Source: Chrysomallon squamiferum (lineage: Eukaryota; Animalia; Mollusca). Taken from it: a stretch of 64,000 nt of DNA. Numbering within the stretch: the first letter of the stretch is position 1; each line of letters begins with the position of its first letter. The notes beneath the pieces are model-generated. The model did no database searches. It was given only the letters and a program-made list of their open reading frames with translations, and had not been told where the DNA came from. Positions 58,001 through 64,000 of this stretch are shown in pieces. The stretch spans positions 44,020,001-44,084,000 of the forward strand of contig CM022665.1 in NCBI GenBank assembly GCA_012295275.1, given 5' to 3'. Both the position numbers and the translations under genes were made by a program.

Positions 58001-59829
58001 AATTTAATTTAATTTATTATTCTTTTAATTCAGATACAACCAAGCGTCTCTGGGTGTGAGATACATTCAAGATGTCGCGATGAGTCGAGGAGGCAAAGAA
58101 GGGAATAATGCTTTTACAAAAGTGAGTATAGTCGACAGATGATTGTTTAAACACTCTGCATCATTCAGCCTCAAGTCTCTCCCACTAAACTTGATTCACG
58201 AAAATATTTTTATGTTTTTAATACCTACATTCATATTCTGTCACACAGAAGTTCCAAAGTCCTGTTTTAGTTATCTGGTAAAAAACGTAAAACAGTAGTT
58301 CAGTTTTCTTTTTTGAAAAAATATATTTTAAAATTAAATTTATATGTGTAAGCAATAGTAAAATAATACTTTAATTTATTTATTTTTTGTTTATTTTTTT
58401 GAAACATTTATTTATGCAAGCTGTTCTTCCACATTATCACTGTCAAAAAATATAAATTAATAAAAACCAATTCACGTAACACATAATAAGTATGGAATAT
58501 AATTGATATGGTATTCCTCCTACTTTCATATTAAAAGTTTTGAATTTAATTATTATGATATAAATTAAAAAATCATTAATTAGTTTTTAGGATTTTGGAT
58601 GTGGACAAAATAATGGACACCTGATAAACATGAATATAAAAGTTATGAGGAATGGTTAAAGAATTATTTATTTCTGTGATATTAAAAGTTTTAAATTAAT
58701 GTTTGTGATATTTGATGTTATAAATGTGACATGTTATAAATTGGTATAAATTTTGTTTTTAGGACTTGTATGAATATGATCTGGACAAAATCAACCAGTA
58801 CTGTATGACAGCACTGCAACATGGTGTCGATATGGATCTGATTGAAATTCTTGCGTCTTCAACTTCGGAAGATTATTCAAGAGATAACAGGGTAAATGAT
58901 TGATTCAGTTTTTTTTTGTTTTTGTTTGTTTTGTTTTGTTTATTTTATTTTATTATTTTTTTATTTTTTTTATTTCATTTCATTTTATTTTTTTTTTTTT
59001 TTTTTTTACTTTTTTTTTTTTTTATTTTTTATTTTTTTTTTTTTTTTTTAATTTATTTTTTTTTTTTTTTTTTTTTTATTATTATTTTAAATTCTTTACT
59101 TCACTTTATAAAGGTTCTGTAATAAAACTGTGGACTATTATACATTTATCTAGTTACGTTAAAAACAGCTAAGAACATTTTCATTAATAAACATGAGGGG
59201 TTTTAATTTAATTAAATTAAAAAAATGTTTATTGTTCTTATTAATTTAATTTTTTTTTTTAGATGCAGATGTTTTTCAGTCGTATTCACAAAGCTATCGA
59301 ACATGGTCAACACAAGTTGGCAGGGAAACTGGTGGAAGAGGCAGAAAAACATGGCGGTTTTGGCTTTAATTTTTTACACAAAGAGGTAAATTTGATTTCT
59401 CTCTAACTGTTGTTGTTTTATTTTGCTTTGCTTTCATTCTCTGTTTTTCCCTAAATACATTTTCTTTGTGTTTTCACTGTTTTGTGAGTAAACTTTAAAA
59501 TCTGGATTTTTTTTTGTTGTGTTAGTGGGGGCAGCCATGTTATTTTATCAATATAGTTTTTTATTATATAGTACTGGTGTATAATTTTTTATTTATTTTT
59601 ACACCTTCAGGATGATCTCTGATTCTTTCTTCTGGTTAGAAAAATTTAATTATGAGGAAAATGTATTTTATCTGGTAAATACCATAAAACAGTAATAAAA
59701 TATTCATTTTCTAAACTGTATTTTTTGGAAAATAAAATTGTAACAGATAAAAAGGATTCATGAATAAAACACACATTTATGTGATACGGTAAAAATTATA
59801 TCTTTTGTTACTAATTATTTAACTTTCTA

Positions 59830-59881
<52 letters not shown>

Positions 59882-59956
59882 TCATCATTTATTGTTTTAT
59901 TATTTACCATCATCATCTTTATGATTATCATCATCATCATGATTATCATCATTATA

Positions 59957-60015
<59 letters not shown>

Positions 60016-61534
60016 GTCATTCTCTATTATTATCATCATCATCATCATTATCATCATTACATTATTGTTACTGTTATTCAAGGTCTTGAATTTCAATGGG
60101 AAGGATCTCCGACCAAATCTCCTCGTTGCCTCGGTGAGAAAAAAACCGTTTGACAATCGAGGGATAACTCCAATTCACTGTGCAGCCATCAACCCCAACA
60201 TCAAATACTTGACACGTCTGCTTCAAGTGGAGCCGGACATCAACATCGTCGACAAGAGCCAGCGGCGACCTCTTCATTTCGCAGCAGCATGTAAAGGTTC
60301 GGCGCCTCTGGAGCTCCTTTTGCAACGGTGTGTGCTGCCTTGTCATTTTCATATTTTGTAAAATATTGTAGAGTGACATAATTGTGGAAACTGAATTTGA
60401 AATATATGTATACAGACATACATACATACATACATTACACACATACATACACATTACATACATACATACACACATATATATCAATATTCCATTTTATCAT
60501 ACATACATACATATATAATTCCATTTTATTATTCATTCTTAATTTTCTTAACAATTAAATATAAGTAATCGGATTCAGCTCGGTTTCTCAAATATTAGCA
60601 TCTTGTGTTCAAATAAAACGTGAGTGTGTTTGGTGATGTCTTTTATCGTATAAAAAAAATTTCAGAGGAGCAAGCATCAATGAAGTCGACAGTCAAGGAA
60701 ATACAGCCATTCATTTTGCCTGCATGGCTGGTCGGGCAGCAAATCTTGACATTCTTCTGAAGAAAGCCAAAAATGATGGTAATTTTTATATGTATATATA
60801 CTTCATAATTTGATTTATTTCCTTAAAAACGGGACAAATACTTCAGCTACGTAACAATGGGTGGTTTTTTCATGAGTCCACAAAACCTGTTTGTTTAATG
60901 CAGTTAAAAATAAACAAAAGTAGCATCCCTCAAGACACTCCAAATGTCAGAATTTGCAATACATTACATTATGTAGCTGCAGTTAAATAAATAATTCTAA
61001 TTTTAAAAAAGCTTTAATTTTGATTAACATTACACATCCACACATACGAATGTAACATATTCAAACTTATTTTATGCCTGATCTGAAAACAGCATTAACT
61101 TTCTCTTGAAATCATCGTTATTTAATTTGCATTTCACTTACAAAGTAAGTATGTATTGTTTTATTTTTATTACGTATTAACAGCAGTATTTTAAACTTAC
61201 TTTTTTCCAACACTCTCCATTTTGTATTTCTTTGAACAGGCAATGTGTTCTGATTATTTTTTTTGTTTCGTTTTTATTCAGTGATTACAGCAGTATTTTA
61301 AACTTATTTTTTTCCATCACCCAGGATTTTGTATTTCTTTATGCAGGCAATGTATTCTAAAAATATTTTTATGTTGGTTTTTTTTCGTTTTTTTTTAGCA
61401 AACAGTATGGAGGAGGGTGTGTCAGCCAAGTGGGGGCCAGGTGGTATAAACCGTCCAAATAGAAATTCTCTGTGTCCCATGCACCTGGCAGTGGAACATG
61501 GCTACACTGTAAGTTTTAAACTTTTTTAATTTTA

Positions 61535-61565
<31 letters not shown>

Positions 61566-62991
61566 ATTCTGGTTTAATTAATATTAATTTTAAAATTAAA
61601 AGGGTGTTATGTTGGTTTATTCAGAGAAATAGTGTGGCTAATAATAACAAAATATAAAAAAATATAAATATACATACATATATATATATATCTATGTATA
61701 TCTATGTAATAATTTTAGTAAAAAGACTGCATCATTTATTTTGCATTTTTATTATTTTATTTATTTATATATATATATATATTTCTATGCAATCATTTTA
61801 GTAAAAAGACTGTGCATCATTTATTTTGCAGTGGTATTATTTGTTATATTTATTTTATTATTATTTTTTTTTTCGTTTAATGTTAAAAATAACTATACTT
61901 TCTTAACAATTTTTAACCATTTCTGGCGAATGACAGCAACAGGATCATTTTTCTTTTCTTTTCTTTCCAGGACGTTGTGAAGATTTTGCTCAAACATGGT
62001 GCGGATGTGAACAAGCAGGTGTCTGCGTCCAAGTTCAAAAGGTCACCGCTGATGATGGCAGCAGAGAAAGGAAGCCTTGACATTGCCCGTCTGCTCGTCC
62101 AAAATGGAGCCATTGTGGAGTTGCAAGGTAAAGGGTTAATTCTTAAAACATTTTTAATCATCGAGTTAAGATTTTAAAAACATTTATATTGTTCTTTTGG
62201 ACATTATTGTACCTATTCATAACTTCATGTCTGTATAGAAATTTATGTAACTTGAGTGGGGTGTAGAAATAAATGTTGTAAATAAGATTATTATATTTTG
62301 GAAATGATTGTTTTTATTTTTTTTGGATTTTTGTATGATCTATGGCAGTGTGGTTATTAAATGAGATAGATTTATTTGTTTCCTTCCAAATGATTGTTTT
62401 ATTTCTTGCTGTGAACCAGGATTTTGAAATTACAAAACATTTATTCAGGTTATGGATTATAGGAATGTATACTTCAGTAAAGAAAGAAATAAAATTAAAC
62501 AGTTAATAAGTAATTTTCCCTGAAAATGCTTCTTAAAAGAAAGAAAAACATGAAGAACATATATAATTACATAATTCTTTTTATATTATTTTAGTAACAT
62601 TGATTTTATTTTAATCAGTAAAATAGTGGAAAATGTTTTTATTTTTTTACTTTTTATTATTATTATATTTTATACATCACATCACATCACATCTCATCAC
62701 ATTGTGTCATGTTACATTCATTGTTATTTCAGACAAATTAAAAAGGACAGCACTGATGCACGCCATCATCAATGGCAACAGCACCATTGCGTCATACCTC
62801 TTGTATCTGGGTGCAGATCCGAACAAAGCTGACTCATCGGGAAACACGCCCGTGCACTACGCCAGTGCGTACGGCTGGTACTTCTGTCTGAAGCTGCTCG
62901 TCACAGATGCAGGTGCTGATCCAAATGTAGTCAATGTTTGGAAGGTGAGTTGTTTTAATAGATGTAATGTTTGGATAATAGAATTTTAAAA

Positions 62992-63033
<42 letters not shown>

Positions 63034-63065
63034 TATTTTATTATTATTCTTTTTATTTTTTCTTA

Positions 63066-63098
<33 letters not shown>

Positions 63099-63230
63099 TT
63101 CATTATTTATTATTTATTATTATTATTTTTTTTTTTTTATATATATATTTTTTTTTTTTTTTCTCATTATTGTGGATAATAGTGGGTTTTTTTTTTTATT
63201 TTATTTTTGTTTTATTTTTTTTTTTTATTA

Positions 63231-63261
<31 letters not shown>

Positions 63262-63434
63262 TAAATGATTGATATCTATCTCAAACCTATGTGTTTTTTA
63301 TTTGAATTTTCAATTTTTGTTTTCCTTCTCACAGACTAGTCCAGTGGCCATAGCATTTTTAAAAGGACACTTGGGTTTGGTGGACTTTTTGCTGACCAAA
63401 AAAGATGTTGATATTAACTTCAGGGATGATAATG
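52370..63434 (+). CDS. Multi-exon ankyrin-repeat protein, PME-5/tankyrase-like PARP family by resemblance (5' part only; 17 coding exons, continues beyond window)
   Basis: Seen: 17 exons with AG acceptors and GT donors. Phases match at every junction except exon 7/8. Ankyrin motifs include KTAVDLALEMGNKEILKTLL, ITPIHCAAINPNIKYLTRLL, RRPLHFAAACKGSAPLELLLQRGA, GNTAIHFACMAGRAANLDILL, RSPLMMAAEKGSLDIARLLVQNGA and GNTPVHYASAYGWYFCLKLLV. The family call rests on recalled resemblance of SRGGKEGNNA and GFGFNFLHKEVL to invertebrate PME-5-like PARPs. No WGR/PARP domain is visible here. Confidence 0.85.
53475..53649 (+). CDS. Coding exon 2 (RKKVYNMEP...AFLAVRGAE)
   Basis: Poly-T tract plus ccccag acceptor, open frame, donor gtaatt at 53650, ends phase 1. 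Confidence 0.85.
54254..54559 (+). CDS. Coding exon 3 (SFYLCKSLQ...EEIQEES)
   Basis: ttttcag acceptor, phase 1 fits, 306 nt open, donor gtgaac at 54560. Confidence 0.9.
54840..54947 (+). CDS. Coding exon 4 (SEEEEEEESPAKKAK...KITPQ)
   Basis: ttacag acceptor, phase 1-1, donor gtgaga at 54948. Confidence 0.85.
55342..55410 (+). CDS. Coding exon 5 (TAAVTKKEKKEKKPLKSKAKGK)
   Basis: Acceptor aag ending at 55341, or in-frame cag ending at 55347. Phase 1-1, donor gttaaa at 55411. Confidence 0.75.
55980..56097 (+). CDS. Coding exon 6 (KKPTKGPKVKK...EVDPFFDT)
   Basis: tttcag acceptor, phase 1-2, donor gtgagt at 56098. Confidence 0.88.
56386..56502 (+). CDS. Coding exon 7 (EKLPFISVPVQTKQVFRAVSLNDKELLKNLIANE...)
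   Basis: tttcag acceptor with phase 2 fitting exon 6, consensus donor gtaagt at 56503. The 3' phase is off by one base relative to exon 8. Confidence 0.82.
56745..57000. mobile_element. Non-autonomous hAT-type DNA transposon (MITE), 256 bp, in intron 7
   Basis: Identical 8-bp flanks gttgtagc at 56737-56744 and 57001-57008. Termini are CAG...CTG with imperfect TIRs (cagtgatggattaaccct vs reverse complement cagggccagaattataccct). Subterminal tgcttagggc occurs near both ends. An 8-bp TSD with CAG ends is typical of the hAT superfamily. Confidence 0.85.
57057..57223 (+). CDS. Coding exon 8 (LDIARSVGNRKTAVDLALEMG...ETVSTG)
   Basis: Long poly-T plus cag acceptor, ankyrin-like repeat in phase 0, donor gttaga at 57224. 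Confidence 0.88.
57270..57624. mobile_element. MITE with ~31-bp terminal inverted repeats in intron 8 (superfamily unassigned)
   Basis: Left end tgtgacccatcacactgaacagagtcttaag; right end reverse complement tgtgacccatcacatcaaacaaagtcttaag. AT-rich non-coding interior, no clean TSD. Confidence 0.8.
58034..58121 (+). CDS. Coding exon 9 (YNQASLGVRYIQDVAMSRGGKEGNNAFTK)
   Basis: ttcag acceptor, phase 2-0, donor gtgagt at 58122. Confidence 0.9.
58763..58891 (+). CDS. Coding exon 10 (DLYEYDLDKINQYCMTALQHG...SRDNR)
   Basis: tttttag acceptor, phase 0-0, donor gtaaat at 58892. Confidence 0.85.
59263..59385 (+). CDS. Coding exon 11 (MQMFFSRIHKAIEHGQHKLAGKLVEEAEKHGGFGFNFLHKE)
   Basis: Poly-T plus ag acceptor (alternative in-frame cag 6 nt downstream), phase 0-0, donor gtaaat at 59386. 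Confidence 0.88.
60083..60327 (+). CDS. Coding exon 12 (VLNFNGKDL...ITPIHCAAINPN...PLELLLQ)
   Basis: ttcaag acceptor, two ankyrin repeats, phase 0-2, donor gtgtgt at 60328. Confidence 0.9.
60666..60778 (+). CDS. Coding exon 13 (GASINEVDSQGNTAIHFACMAGRAANLDILLKKAKND)
   Basis: tttcag acceptor, canonical ankyrin repeat, phase 2-1, donor gtaatt at 60779. Confidence 0.92.
61399..61508 (+). CDS. Coding exon 14 (NSMEEGVSAKWGPGGINRPNRNSLCPMHLAVEHGYT)
   Basis: Poly-T plus ag acceptor, phase 1-0, donor gtaagt at 61509. Confidence 0.9.
61971..62127 (+). CDS. Coding exon 15 (DVVKILLKHGADVNKQ...LVQNGAIVELQ)
   Basis: Strong pyrimidine tract plus ccag, ankyrin repeats, phase 0-1, donor gtaaag at 62128. 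Confidence 0.93.
62733..62944 (+). CDS. Coding exon 16 (KLKRTALMHAIING...GADPNVVNVWK)
   Basis: tttcag acceptor, two ankyrin repeats, phase 1-0, donor gtgagt at 62945. Confidence 0.93.
63335..63434 (+). CDS. Coding exon 17 (TSPVAIAFLKGHLGLVDFLLTKKDVDINFRDDN)
   Basis: Pyrimidine tract plus acag, ankyrin repeat, phase 0-1, donor gtgagt at 63435. Confidence 0.92.
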
Positions 63435-63654
63435 GTGAGTTTTTACTTTTTTTGTTTGTTTTTGTTTCACCTTTCAGTTCATAAAATAATGATAATTTAA
63501 ATCCACAAGAAATATTTAAAAAAAATAATAATAAATTTCTCTTCCATTATCTAGATAGTATTGTGTGGATTTTTCAGTTATTATTTTTGGAGTTGTTTCC
63601 CCTTTTTTCTTTTTTTTGTGATTATACATATATTATTATTATTATTATTATTGT

Positions 63655-63707
63655 GTTTTTTTGTTATATGACTATGATTACTGACACTATTTATTTATTA
63701 TTTGTAG

Positions 63708-63746
<39 letters not shown>

Positions 63747-63960
63747 TATGACATACTATTTCTTGTTATATGACCATTATTATTACTGAAACTGTTACTA
63801 TTTATTTATTTATTATTCATAGATTATTATTATTATTATTATTTATTATTATTTATGGCATTACTATTTCTTGTTATATGATGATTATTATTACTGACAT
63901 TATTACTATTTATTTATTATTTATAGATTATTATTACTACTACTACTACTACTACTACTG
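63655..63960. repeat. ~105-bp intronic tandem repeat containing (ATT)n
   Basis: ttgttatatga...ttactga...ctatttatttatt...tagattattatt occurs three times (~63661, 63763, 63872). Confidence 0.8.
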
Positions 63961-64000
63961 ATATTATTTTTTTATTATTCTATATAGGTTATTTTACTAA

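Overview
This is AT-rich, microsatellite-saturated eukaryotic (invertebrate animal, probably mollusc-like) genomic DNA, not a prokaryotic window. Nearly all ORFs in the supplied track are microsatellite artefacts. About 1-51 kb contains no recognisable coding exon. It alternates simple repeats, minisatellites (38, ~28, 21, 59 and ~120 bp units), decayed tRNA-headed SINE-like pieces and short CpG-rich islands with transcription-factor motif clusters. From ~51.2 kb to the window end lies one + strand spliced gene. I reconstructed 17 GT-AG coding exons (2409 nt, ~800 codons), and the gene continues past the window. The protein runs: basic motif, BAH-like segment, acidic tract, Lys-rich tract, then ankyrin repeats. 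It most resembles the invertebrate PME-5/tankyrase-like ankyrin PARPs, but the catalytic domain is not in the window, so that call is inference. Notable details are a 1-nt phase break at the exon 7/8 junction, two intronic MITEs (one hAT-type with a perfect 8-bp TSD), duplicated splice-acceptor regions and a drop in CpG density at the gene start.
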